64,000 nucleotides of DNA from Candidatus Krumholzibacteriia bacterium (GTDB taxonomy: Bacteria; Krumholzibacteriota; Krumholzibacteriia; Krumholzibacteriales; Krumholzibacteriaceae). The translations under genes and the position numbers were made by a program. Shown here piece by piece: positions 40,703 through 50,469 of this stretch. The notes beneath the pieces were generated by a model. It did not search any database. It was not told the origin of the DNA and saw nothing but the letters and a program-made list of their open reading frames with translations. The DNA is taken from positions 800,001-864,000 of the forward strand of contig CAWIIQ010000001.1 in the NCBI GenBank assembly GCA_963836185.1, given 5' to 3'. Position 1 is the first letter of the stretch; each line of letters begins with the position of its first letter.

Positions 40703-42827
40703 ATGCTTCAGCTGACACAGAACCTGAAAACCGGAAAGATGGAACTCTCCGAGGTCCCCGTACCTGCGATCGCGAAAGGAAAGGTGCTGGTAAGGAACCA
40801 CTACTCCGTTATCAGCGCCGGCACCGAGGGTGGAAAGGTATCCACCGCGAGGAAGGGTTATGTCGGGATGGCGAAGGAGAAGCCGGCACAGGTCAAACAG
40901 GTCATCGATACATTGAAGAGCGAAGGATTCGCCTCTACCTATCGAAGAGTCATGAACAAGCTCGACGCGCTTTCCCCGCTCGGATATTCGGCGGCCGGCG
41001 TCGTTATGGAAGTCGGCGAGGGCGTGACAAGATTGAGGGTGGGCGACAGGGTTGCCATGGGAGGCGAAGGGGCGGCGCACGCGGAAGTCGGTTCTGTGAC
41101 CGAAAACCTCACCGTCAAGGTACCGGACGATGTCGACCTCAGGTACGCCGCGTACAGCACCGTCGCCTCGATCGCGATGCAGGGTGTCAGGCAGGCAGGC
41201 CTTTCACTAGGCGAAAGCTGTGTCGTCATCGGCCTGGGCCTGCTCGGTCAGCTGACCGTCCAGATGTTGAAAGCCGCCGGCGTGAAGGTGGCCGGAATAG
41301 ACATAGATCCCGCCGTGGTCGAGCTATCCCTGAGATCGGGAGCCGATCTCGCCTTCACCAGGGGCTCGGGCGAGGAAGAGAAAGCGATTATCGATTTCGC
41401 CGGAGGGTACGGCGTAGACGCGGTGATCATCACCGCCGGTACGTCGAGTCTCGACCCCGTCGAACTCGCTGGTAAACTCTGCCGCCGGAAGGGAAAGGTC
41501 GTCATAGTCGGCGCCGTCCCGACCGGGTTCAGCAGGGAGAACTATTACAAGAAGGAGCTCGAGCTGAGGATGGCCACTTCATACGGCCCGGGCCGGTACG
41601 ATCCCGAGTACGAGGAGAAGGGGCTCGACTACCCGATCGCTTATGTCCGATGGACAGAGAACCGGAACATGGGGGCATTTCTCCAGCTGCTTTCAGACGG
41701 CAGCCTCGACCTCTCTTTCCTGACTACGCACGAGTTTAAATTCGCGAACGCTTCCGAAGCGTACGAGATGATCCTGCAGCATTCCGAACAACATGTCGGG
41801 ATAGTCCTCAAATACGATACGGAAAGCGCAGTGGCGGCTTCAATAGATGCCACTACCACGGTGGCGCCCGCGGGCAGCAGGCTGAAGGTGTCATTCATCG
41901 GTGCAGGATCATTCGCCCAGAATCTGCTTCTGCCGAATATCGGCAAGGCCGAGATGATCACCGTAGCGACGAGCCAGGGACATACGGCGAAGAATGTAGC
42001 GCAGAAGTGGGATTTCAGGAAAGCGACATGCGACGTATCCGAAGTCTTCGGAGACGATTCCAATGTCGTCTTTATCGCGACGAGACACGATTCACACGCC
42101 GGGTATGTGATGGAATCTCTTAGAGCAGGCAAGAATGTCTTCGTCGAGAAACCACTCTGCCTCACTGAAGACGAGCTTGAGGAGATAGCCGGGATATACA
42201 GGGATGCGGGTGGTCCCAGGTTGATGGTCGGATTTAACCGGCGTTTCGCTCCGCAGATCCGGACCGTGAAGAAAGAGTTCAGCGACAAGCTTCCCAAGTC
42301 GATCAACTACCGGGTCAACGCGGGAGCCATCCCGGCGGACCACTGGATCCAGGACAAGGATGTGGGAGGCGGCAGGATAATTGGCGAGGTATGCCACTTT
42401 GTGGACCTGGCGATGTTCCTCGCAGGTTCGCTTCCGAAGTCCTTATCCGCCAGCGCGATGGAAGACCCATCCGGTCTTCTCGATACGCTGAATGTGAATA
42501 TTCTGTTCAGGGACGGCTCGATCGCAAACGTATCATACTTTGCCAACGGTTCGAAGGCGATGAAGAAGGAAAGGATCGAGATATTCTCGTCGGGCAAGGC
42601 CGCGGTCGTCGATGACTTCTCGAAGCTCGATCTATTCAGGAGCAGGAAATCGTCGAAATCGGGGATGAGCCAGGACAAGGGTCACGCGCGGGAAGTAAAG
42701 GAATTCCTCGACTCGAGTCAGGGACGGACAGCCCGCTCCCATCTCGTTCGAGGAGATATATTTTTCGACAAAGATGAGTTTTGACATCATCAGGTCGATC
42801 ACCAGCGGCGAGACGATACACTATTGA
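40703..42827 (+). CDS. Bi-domain oxidoreductase (MDR-type dehydrogenase + Gfo/Idh/MocA), frameshift near 42716
   Basis: ISAGTE, PLGYS, GLGLLG, SYGPGRYD, RWTENRN, IATRH, VEKP, VGFNRRF and GEVCHF. Corrected end APISFEEIY...ETIHY*. Confidence 0.9.
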
Positions 42828-42839
42828 TCGGCTGAAAAG

Positions 42840-43868
42840 ATGAAGAAGAAAAAGATACTATTCATCGGCGGGACGACTGGCGGCGGCGTCGCGACGATCA
42901 ACAACGAAGTCATCAGGATATTCCGGAAGGCCGGCCACGAGTACGCTCTTGTCGACACCGAGAAGATGAAATCGAAGGTTCCCACTCCGATCGCCTACAT
43001 CCTCTGCTACATCATCGCTTTTTTCGAGATACTCGTCGGAAAGCCCGACCTCGTCTACCTGCAGCTCGCACAGACGGGGTACATGCACCAGAGCTTCTTT
43101 CTCGCGATCGCCAACTTTCTGGGAAAAGAAACGGTCGCTCACCTGCACGCCAAATCGGATCTTAAGGGCACGGCCACGGAGAAGCAGTTTGCCGGCATCA
43201 TCTCTTCACAGAACTATATCGACAAGATCATCCTCCTTACGAAGCCATGCATGGACGACCTCGTCGAGAACGGATGGGACAAGCCCGCGTATGTGATCCC
43301 TAATTTCATCTCGACGGATTCCCTGCCGGAGCGATTTGCGCCGGTAACACAAAGGGACAAAATGCTTTATCTCGGAAGGATGAACTGGGAAAAAGGGATA
43401 TATGAGGTGTTGGAGATCGCAAGGCGCCTCGGAGATGAGCAGATCCTCTTTGTCGGCAATATCGACAACGAACAGGACAGGAAGAAGTTTGCCGAAGAGC
43501 TCGAGTCTGTCGACAACGCATGCTGGCTCGGACCGATGTATGGGAATGAGAAGTATAATATCATAGCCGATTCGAAGTTCCTGATCTTCCCGACAAGGCG
43601 GGACGAGTTTCCCATGACCCTGATAGAATCGACGATCCTCGGTTGCGTGCCGCTGGTCAGTCCGGTCGGATCGGTGGGAGAGATAGTAAGGGACGGATAC
43701 AACGGGTTCTATATATCTCCGGATGACGTCGACGGCATCGTCGAGAAGATAACGCGGTGGAAGGATGATCCGGAACTGCAGAAGATATCGGATAACGGGA
43801 TCGAGTTCGCCCGCGAAAATTTCACGAGTGAAGCGGTGGAAGACAAACTGCTCGAGATAGTGGGATGA
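42840..43868 (+). CDS. Glycosyltransferase family 4
   Basis: IPN, YLGRM..EKG, and FPTRRDEFPMTLIES. Confidence 0.85.
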   Translation: MKKKKILFIGGTTGGGVATINNEVIRIFRKAGHEYALVDTEKMKSKVPTPIAYILCYIIAFFEILVGKPDLVYLQLAQTGYMHQSFFLAIANFLGKETVAHLHAKSDLKGTATEKQFAGIISSQNYIDKIILLTKPCMDDLVENGWDKPAYVIPNFISTDSLPERFAPVTQRDKMLYLGRMNWEKGIYEVLEIARRLGDEQILFVGNIDNEQDRKKFAEELESVDNACWLGPMYGNEKYNIIADSKFLIFPTRRDEFPMTLIESTILGCVPLVSPVGSVGEIVRDGYNGFYISPDDVDGIVEKITRWKDDPELQKISDNGIEFARENFTSEAVEDKLLEIVG

Positions 43869-43869
43869 G

Positions 43870-44976
43870 ATGGTGAAGATCAATTTCATGGGCGACGTGA
43901 TGTTCGCCGAGCTCCTCGAGAACTACCGCAGGGGACTGAGAACCATCCTGCGGAAGAAGGGGCTCGATCCATTCGAGCATGTCCGTCCCGTGCTGGAAGA
44001 GGCGGACCTGAACGTAATCAACCTCGAGTGTATCTTCAGCGATACGTCTATCCTTAGAAAACCGTTCTCAGAGATATTGATAGCGCCCACGGAATCCCTT
44101 AAATATCTGACTAGCAACGGAATAAACGTGGCCAACACGGCCAACAATCATGCCCTGGACCACGGGAAGAAGGAGTTCGAGCGCTCAGTCGGCCTGCTCA
44201 AAGAGAGCGGGATACACGTGATCGGATACGATGCGGGCTGCTATTTCCAGGAAGAGCCAGTTATCGTCGAAACGGGAGGGAAGAGGCTGGGATTTCTCGG
44301 GTACAACATCTCGAACTTCCCCGACGCGGACAAGAGAAAGGCCGTCGACAGGATTAAGGATATCGCGGCATCGGCCGTGCAGTCGATGGACAAGCTGACG
44401 GTCTCGATGCACTGGGGAGAGGAGTATACGTACATCCCTCCGAGGTATGTCGTAGAATTCGGGAAGGAACTGCTCGGCGCCGGGGTCGATATACTGCACG
44501 GCCACCATTCGCATCAGATACAGGGAGTGCTGCAAGAGGAGAACAGGATATTCGCGCCGAGCCTCGGGAACTTCATCTTTGACCAGAAGGTCGCGAGAAA
44601 CAGGATAACAGCTGTTCTCCAGGTCTCGGTTTCCGATGACGGCAGCCTGGATCACAGGTATATGCCGTATTACATGAACGATATCTTTCAGCCCGAGCCG
44701 GCCCCTCAGTACGAGGCCTACATCGAGGAGATAAACGGATATCTGTCGGAATGCTATACTGACGGCGGTTCAGGAAAATACGAGCGGACCGTCGCTGATA
44801 ATGTCACTAGCGGGCACAGCGCCAACAGGATACGTATGAGAGCGGGGATGCTCACCCACTTCTGGGACTTCCTTCCGTATCTCGGGCGGATGATCGCGTT
44901 CAGGCGCAGCGATGAGAGCACCTACTCGGTTATAAAGTGTGAGGAAAGCCTGAAAAGGAAAGCTGAAGGCGATTAA
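43870..44976 (+). CDS. CapA/PGA_cap-family metallophosphoesterase-like protein
   Basis: GDVM, NLE, ANNHALD, HWGEE, GHHSH and SLGNFIFDQ. Confidence 0.88.
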   Translation: MVKINFMGDVMFAELLENYRRGLRTILRKKGLDPFEHVRPVLEEADLNVINLECIFSDTSILRKPFSEILIAPTESLKYLTSNGINVANTANNHALDHGKKEFERSVGLLKESGIHVIGYDAGCYFQEEPVIVETGGKRLGFLGYNISNFPDADKRKAVDRIKDIAASAVQSMDKLTVSMHWGEEYTYIPPRYVVEFGKELLGAGVDILHGHHSHQIQGVLQEENRIFAPSLGNFIFDQKVARNRITAVLQVSVSDDGSLDHRYMPYYMNDIFQPEPAPQYEAYIEEINGYLSECYTDGGSGKYERTVADNVTSGHSANRIRMRAGMLTHFWDFLPYLGRMIAFRRSDESTYSVIKCEESLKRKAEGD

Positions 44977-46076
44977 TCCCGGACCAGTGTCCGGTACAGA
45001 TTCATATGCTCGCTGGTCATCTTGTCGATGTTGAACTCGTTCTCGATCCTTTCCCTGCCCCTTTTTCCCATACTCGACCTCAAATCATCATCGTTCAACA
45101 GGCAGTTGATTTTTTCAGCCAGAATGGCCGGGGATCTCTGCGGGATGAGGAAGCCCGTTTCACCATCGGTCACGAGTTCCCTTGTGCCGCCGCCATCGGT
45201 CGCGATAACAGGTTTGCTCAGGGCCATGTATTCCATTATCGAGTTCGAGATGCCCTCGCCATGCCTCTCGAGATTGGTCAGAAGGAGCCCGATGTCGAAA
45301 ATATCTATTATCGATTCAACGTCATTTCTATTACCCATGAATATTATTCTGCTGTTCCCTCCAGCCATCTTCTTGATTCTCGGAAGCTCCAGCCCGTCCC
45401 CGACGTAGACGAAGGTGACATCGTCTCTCTGCTTGAGGATTCCCAGGGCCGCTTCTGTCAGCGAATCATAGTCTTTATGGTATTTCAATCCCGCGACCAT
45501 CCCCACAACATACCGGGTACTTATATTCAATTCTTCCATTATCGATGACCTGCCGCTCAGGTTTTCGATACGTTCGAAATCAAAGCCGTTATGGATGAAG
45601 TTGCCTTTTTTAGAGGGCACGCCGTAAGCTTTCAGTCCTGCCTGAGAATTTGCCTGGATGACCTCCGAGAATGGAAACGAGAAAAGTGCCCTTATCTTCT
45701 GTTTCGCATTCAGGCGTGTCGGGGCATCGGCTATCATGGCGTTGATCATCTTGATCCGAAGGGCTTTAGCGACAGGCCCGGCGTAGATAGCGGGCATCGA
45801 ACCCCAGGCATGTATTATGTCTGGACGCCATTCCCGGCATATCTTGCACAGTTTGAAAAAAATGCCGGGATCGAGCCTGATTTTTCTTTTCAGTATTATG
45901 ACTTCGACATTCAGATCATATACTTCTTTATAATGCACTATGTCTGTCAGCAGTATGAGCTTGGCGGAGAATTCCTTTTCCGTGAGCCGTTTGAGTAACT
46001 GGACGAGCCGGCGCTCGGTACCTCCCGGCCCGAGAGCATCGATCATATAAAGTATCCTTGTTCTTTCCCTTTCCAT
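44973..46076 (-). CDS. Glycosyltransferase family 4
   Basis: GGTER, IHNGFD, KDY and EGISNSIMEYMA. Probable start MERERTRILY. Confidence 0.9.
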   Translation of the reverse strand: MERERTRILYMIDALGPGGTERRLVQLLKRLTEKEFSAKLILLTDIVHYKEVYDLNVEVIILKRKIRLDPGIFFKLCKICREWRPDIIHAWGSMPAIYAGPVAKALRIKMINAMIADAPTRLNAKQKIRALFSFPFSEVIQANSQAGLKAYGVPSKKGNFIHNGFDFERIENLSGRSSIMEELNISTRYVVGMVAGLKYHKDYDSLTEAALGILKQRDDVTFVYVGDGLELPRIKKMAGGNSRIIFMGNRNDVESIIDIFDIGLLLTNLERHGEGISNSIMEYMALSKPVIATDGGGTRELVTDGETGFLIPQRSPAILAEKINCLLNDDDLRSSMGKRGRERIENEFNIDKMTSEHMNLYRTLVRD

Positions 46077-46247
46077 TCTTGAAAGGTTAAAAGAATGAAG
46101 CGAAGAATACCACCCAAGAATACGATCCGGCTTAAGCGGGTCAAAAAAAGTGTTAACCCGGCATAATATGTGATAGCTTTGAATTACGGGAAATAATAGG
46201 CTCATGGGCCGTTGAATTTCACCAATCTCAGGCAGGGATGATCCGTC

Positions 46248-47585
46248 GTGAACAAGTATCTTTCCAGGTATCTGCTCCAGCATACACGCCGTGCAAGGAT
46301 GAAGAAATTCAATGAGCTGAAAGAAAACGCCTATAAGCCCAGAGAGACTCTCGCAGACCAGCAGGAAGCTGGATTCTCAAGACTTATCAACCACGCTGTA
46401 ACCAACGTTCCCTATTACCGGGAGATACTCAGCGACCTCTCTATACAGTCCCTGAGTGATATTGTCTCGATCCCCTTCCTGACAAAGAAGGTGATACGCG
46501 AAAACATCGAGGCCCTGAAAGCTGAGAATATCCCCAGGGAGAGGTTCATTCCGAATTCTACGGGAGGCTCTACGGGAGAAAAGCTGGAATTCTTCGGTGA
46601 TACGGATCAGATCCTTGCCTCTCTGCTTCTCAGGAGCAACAGCTGGACCGGATGGGATGTTGGAGAGAAACAGATGCAGTTGTGGGGGGCTCACTACGAT
46701 CTCTCGAGAGTCAGTGATTTCGTCAACAGGCTTAAAAGCTCCGTAATACAGCGAAATATACTTCTATCATCGTACGATATGACTGAAGAGGATATGCGTG
46801 ACTACCACGGCAAGATCAACCGGTACAGGCCCGCGCTTATCACCGGGTATCCATCGGCGATGGCCCTCTTTTCAGAGTTCATCAGAGGGAACGGCCTCAC
46901 CGCACACAGCCCGAAGGGTATCGTTACATCCGCGGAAACACTCTACGAGCACCAGAGGAAGACGATCGAATCGGTCTTCGGCTGCAAGGTCCTGAACCGG
47001 TACGGATGCAGGGAAGTCGGGAATATCGCGCAGGAGTGCCTGGAACAGAACGGGCTGCATATTTTTACGGAGCATCTGATCATCGAGATCGTCGACGAGA
47101 AAGGGAATCCCTGTAAAACGGGTGAGACCGGAGAGATAGTCGTCACCAACCTCGATAACTTTACTTTTCCCTTCATCCGCTACAGGATCGGTGATATAGG
47201 GTCCCTGTCCGGGAGGACATGTCCCTGCGGGCGGAACCTGCCGATGCTGGAAGAGGTGAAAGGAAGAGTGTTCGATATCATAGTCGGAGCAAACGGCAAC
47301 CATCTTTCGGGGACTTATTGGACCATCCTGCTGAGGGAGTACGCTGAAGGGATATCCAGCTACCAGGTGATTCAGGAGGAATATGGCAGGCTGCTTTTGA
47401 AATTGATAACGGACAGCAGGTTTGATGAAGGCGAAAAAGCCAGGCTTATCGAAGGAATAAAAGAAAAATGCGGCAAGGATATGATCGTTGATATCGAGGT
47501 CGTCGATAATATCCCTCTGACCGAATCGGGGAAGCACAGGTTTGTCATCTCGAAGGTTTCCCCTTACCTGGGCGGAAGTGTCTAA
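46248..47585 (+). CDS. Second CapK/phenylacetate-CoA-ligase-family enzyme
   Basis: VPYY, PFLTK, STGGSTG, GYPS, YGCRE, PFIRYRIGD and SGKHRF. Confidence 0.88.
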   Translation: MNKYLSRYLLQHTRRARMKKFNELKENAYKPRETLADQQEAGFSRLINHAVTNVPYYREILSDLSIQSLSDIVSIPFLTKKVIRENIEALKAENIPRERFIPNSTGGSTGEKLEFFGDTDQILASLLLRSNSWTGWDVGEKQMQLWGAHYDLSRVSDFVNRLKSSVIQRNILLSSYDMTEEDMRDYHGKINRYRPALITGYPSAMALFSEFIRGNGLTAHSPKGIVTSAETLYEHQRKTIESVFGCKVLNRYGCREVGNIAQECLEQNGLHIFTEHLIIEIVDEKGNPCKTGETGEIVVTNLDNFTFPFIRYRIGDIGSLSGRTCPCGRNLPMLEEVKGRVFDIIVGANGNHLSGTYWTILLREYAEGISSYQVIQEEYGRLLLKLITDSRFDEGEKARLIEGIKEKCGKDMIVDIEVVDNIPLTESGKHRFVISKVSPYLGGSV

Positions 47586-47597
47586 CAGAAGCTGGCA

Positions 47598-48692
47598 ATG
47601 AAAATATTATTTGTCTCACAACAGATCTACCCGTGTTTTACAGGGGGGACCGAGATATTCAACTATTATCTCGCGCGCGAGCTGGCGCGGGATAATGATG
47701 TCACGCTCTTTACTTACTGTGACTCGGAAAATGAGGGAATCGACCTGGTCAGAGTGAAGTACACCCGGCCCACCAGGTATATGACCCCGATAAGATTAGC
47801 TCGATATATAATCAAGCACCGCGACAAGATTGATGTCGTATTCCTTTCGTACAGCCGGTCACACTGGTTTGGGTGGTCGCTTTTTCCCGTTCTCAGGAAG
47901 CTGTTCGGGATAAGGTATGTTATCACGATACACGGAGGAGGGTTGACTCCGTGGAAGCCTTTCTTCCTCTATAAGTGGTCTTTCACGAATGCCTTCAGGT
48001 TGATAGGGATCTCGGAACGGATATGTGTCGAATACAGAAAGAGGACAGGGAAGGAAGTCAGGTACCTGCCGCCATTGTTCCCCTTCCGGAGAAGTGAAAG
48101 GAACGGGAGCGCGATCAGGGAAAGGTTTGATATCCCGCAGGACGCTAGGGTGATCCTCTATGTCGGCTCGCTAAAAGGGCTAAAATCTCCCGTTACACTG
48201 GTCGATGCGTTCAACACGCTCGATAAGGGGTTTGTCACCGATGAGAACCTCTATCTCGTTCTGGCGGGGGATGGTCCGTTACGGGAAGAGCTCGAGAGGA
48301 AGGCTGAATACAGAGACAGGACGCTGTTTCTGGGGAACGTTCCGAGAGAAGATATGCCGGACCTTTACAGGATCGCAGATCTGTATGTAATGACATCACA
48401 GTTCGAGGGCACGCCCCTCTCGCTTCTCGAGGCCGTCTATAACCGGGTGCCGGTCATCGGCTCTGATGTCGGCGGGATAAACGCGATCATCGAGAACGGA
48501 CGGAATGGGATACTCTTTGAATACAAGGACTATTCGGAGCTGGCAGCCGGCATACAGAGATTGTTGGCCGATGGGGAGATGCGCGATTCCTTCGTCGGGG
48601 AGGCTGAAAAGAAGTACATGAAGAATTATTCATTCGAGAAGGTGCTGAGCTCCTACCAGGAAATATTCAGCGAGGCGACTGATGAAGCGTGA
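47598..48692 (+). CDS. Glycosyltransferase family 4
   Basis: GGTE, TIHG, GDGP and SQFEGTPLSLLEA. Confidence 0.9.
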   Translation: MKILFVSQQIYPCFTGGTEIFNYYLARELARDNDVTLFTYCDSENEGIDLVRVKYTRPTRYMTPIRLARYIIKHRDKIDVVFLSYSRSHWFGWSLFPVLRKLFGIRYVITIHGGGLTPWKPFFLYKWSFTNAFRLIGISERICVEYRKRTGKEVRYLPPLFPFRRSERNGSAIRERFDIPQDARVILYVGSLKGLKSPVTLVDAFNTLDKGFVTDENLYLVLAGDGPLREELERKAEYRDRTLFLGNVPREDMPDLYRIADLYVMTSQFEGTPLSLLEAVYNRVPVIGSDVGGINAIIENGRNGILFEYKDYSELAAGIQRLLADGEMRDSFVGEAEKKYMKNYSFEKVLSSYQEIFSEATDEA

Positions 48693-49890
48693 AACCCCTG
48701 TCCCGGTATTGATGTACCATACTATTGGAATCCCGGATCCCGACTGGCAGTGGCGGCATCTCACCTGTCCACACGACGTATTTGATGACCAGATGAAATG
48801 GCTGAAGAGATCCGGCTTTGTTTCTGTGACCCTGGCCGATCTTTACGATTCAATATTCAATGACAAGATACTGCCGCGGAAATCGTTTATCCTGACCTTC
48901 GACGACGGATACGCTGACAACTGGGTCTTCGCATATCCTGTCCTGAAGAAATATGGATTCAAAGGCACTGTCTTTGTAAATCCCGAATTCGTCGACAAGA
49001 GGGATATCGTCCGGAAACGTCTCGATCAGGCTGGTTCAGCCGAATCACTCGACCCGGAAGATATCAGGGGGTTTCTCAGTTGGCAGGAGATGGTGAGGGC
49101 CGGTGAGGACGGCGTTCTCGACATTCAGGGTCACGCGATGACGCATACCTGGTACCCGGTCTCCGAAAAGATTGTCGATTTCCGGCACCCCGGAGATCCA
49201 TACATATGGATGACCTGGAATAATAATGTCGAACGGAAACCTTACCTGCAGAACGACGACGAATCCCTGATAAACTGGGGGGACCCTGTTTATGAGCATG
49301 GCAAGAGCCTCTCTTCCCCGAGATTCTTCCCCAACGAAGAGGTAGCGGTCAGAATCAGAGAATACGTCAAGGCCGGGGGGGGAAAAGAGTTTTTCAAGAA
49401 GACGGGCTGGAAAGAGATCCTTTTCGAGCGGGCCGAGAAAATAAGACGGGACCTGGAGCCGGGACGCTATGAAACGGAGAGTGAATTCAAGGAGCGTCTT
49501 CGCGATGAATTGAGCGAATCAAAGAGAATAATCGAACAGAGACTCGACAAGACGATCGATTTTCTCTGCTGGCCCGGAGGGAGCGGCTCTGAAACAGGAA
49601 CAGGTTTCGCGAAGCAGTTAGGATACAAGATGTCGACGGCCGCGAAGGATATGCCTCTGTCGGTGCGAAACGAACTTTTGAACCTGCCTTCCCAGAAATC
49701 AGACAGGATCGCGAGGACTTCGCCGATATTGTTCTGGGATGGAAAGGAGACCGCTGAATCGAGGATGATATACGATTCCGGATTCACGATCGTCCTGAAT
49801 TTGCTCGTATACAAGAAGAGCGGCTTCGCTCATATCTGGGGCAGGTTTATCAGGAAGGTCCTGAAGGAATATCACAGGCTCACGGGTTGA
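48682..49890 (+). CDS. Polysaccharide deacetylase (CE4/NodB-like)
   Basis: VLMYH, LTFDDGY, HAMTH and CWPGG. Confidence 0.88.
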   Translation: MKRETPVPVLMYHTIGIPDPDWQWRHLTCPHDVFDDQMKWLKRSGFVSVTLADLYDSIFNDKILPRKSFILTFDDGYADNWVFAYPVLKKYGFKGTVFVNPEFVDKRDIVRKRLDQAGSAESLDPEDIRGFLSWQEMVRAGEDGVLDIQGHAMTHTWYPVSEKIVDFRHPGDPYIWMTWNNNVERKPYLQNDDESLINWGDPVYEHGKSLSSPRFFPNEEVAVRIREYVKAGGGKEFFKKTGWKEILFERAEKIRRDLEPGRYETESEFKERLRDELSESKRIIEQRLDKTIDFLCWPGGSGSETGTGFAKQLGYKMSTAAKDMPLSVRNELLNLPSQKSDRIARTSPILFWDGKETAESRMIYDSGFTIVLNLLVYKKSGFAHIWGRFIRKVLKEYHRLTG

Positions 49891-50438
49891 TCCCTGGCAG
49901 CGATCAACCTGTCGATACTCTCCCTGTCATAATCGAGAAGTTCGAGATGCCTTGCCAGGTCCTCGTCCGAAAACCGTTTCTTTACCGGTTTTGCCGGGCT
50001 GCCGACAGCGATCGTGTATGGCGGTATATCCTTTGTGACGATACTGCCGGCTCCGATGACCGAGCCCTCCCCGATCGTGACACCCTTGAGGATCGTCACC
50101 CTGGAGCCTATCCAGACATCCTTCTCTATCGTGACGGGAAGATTGTTTCCCTCCTTGAGCTGATGGAAACGCTTTCCCACGTGCTCGAACTCATGGTCGC
50201 CCCCCATGATTATCAGGCGAGGGCCGGCTACGACTCCGTCACCGATCTTCAACGATACGAGAACGGAGATATGGAATCCCTCTCCAAGGAAGACATTGTC
50301 GCCTATCTCGGCCCGGTCAGGCCTGGCGAAGAAGCTCGATAGGGGGTCCCATCTGAAGTTTGTCCCGCACGAGCCGAACTTTCTTTTGTACCAGGTCCTC
50401 GCAATCAGCTTTCTCACTCTTCTGAGGCTGCTTTCCAT
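49872..50438 (-). CDS. Hexapeptide-repeat (LbH) sugar O-acyltransferase
   Basis: DVWIGSRVTILKGVTIGEGSVIGAGSIVTKDIP..GSPAK. Confidence 0.9.
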   Translation of the reverse strand: MESSLRRVRKLIARTWYKRKFGSCGTNFRWDPLSSFFARPDRAEIGDNVFLGEGFHISVLVSLKIGDGVVAGPRLIIMGGDHEFEHVGKRFHQLKEGNNLPVTIEKDVWIGSRVTILKGVTIGEGSVIGAGSIVTKDIPPYTIAVGSPAKPVKKRFSDEDLARHLELLDYDRESIDRLIAARDQPVSL

Positions 50439-50469
50439 GAGTCTTTTTTCTCCCCGATTGTATTTCCGT

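Noticed and set aside
43870-44976. Poly-gamma-glutamate capsule system
   Set aside because: Only a CapA-family gene is present, with no capB or capC in the window.
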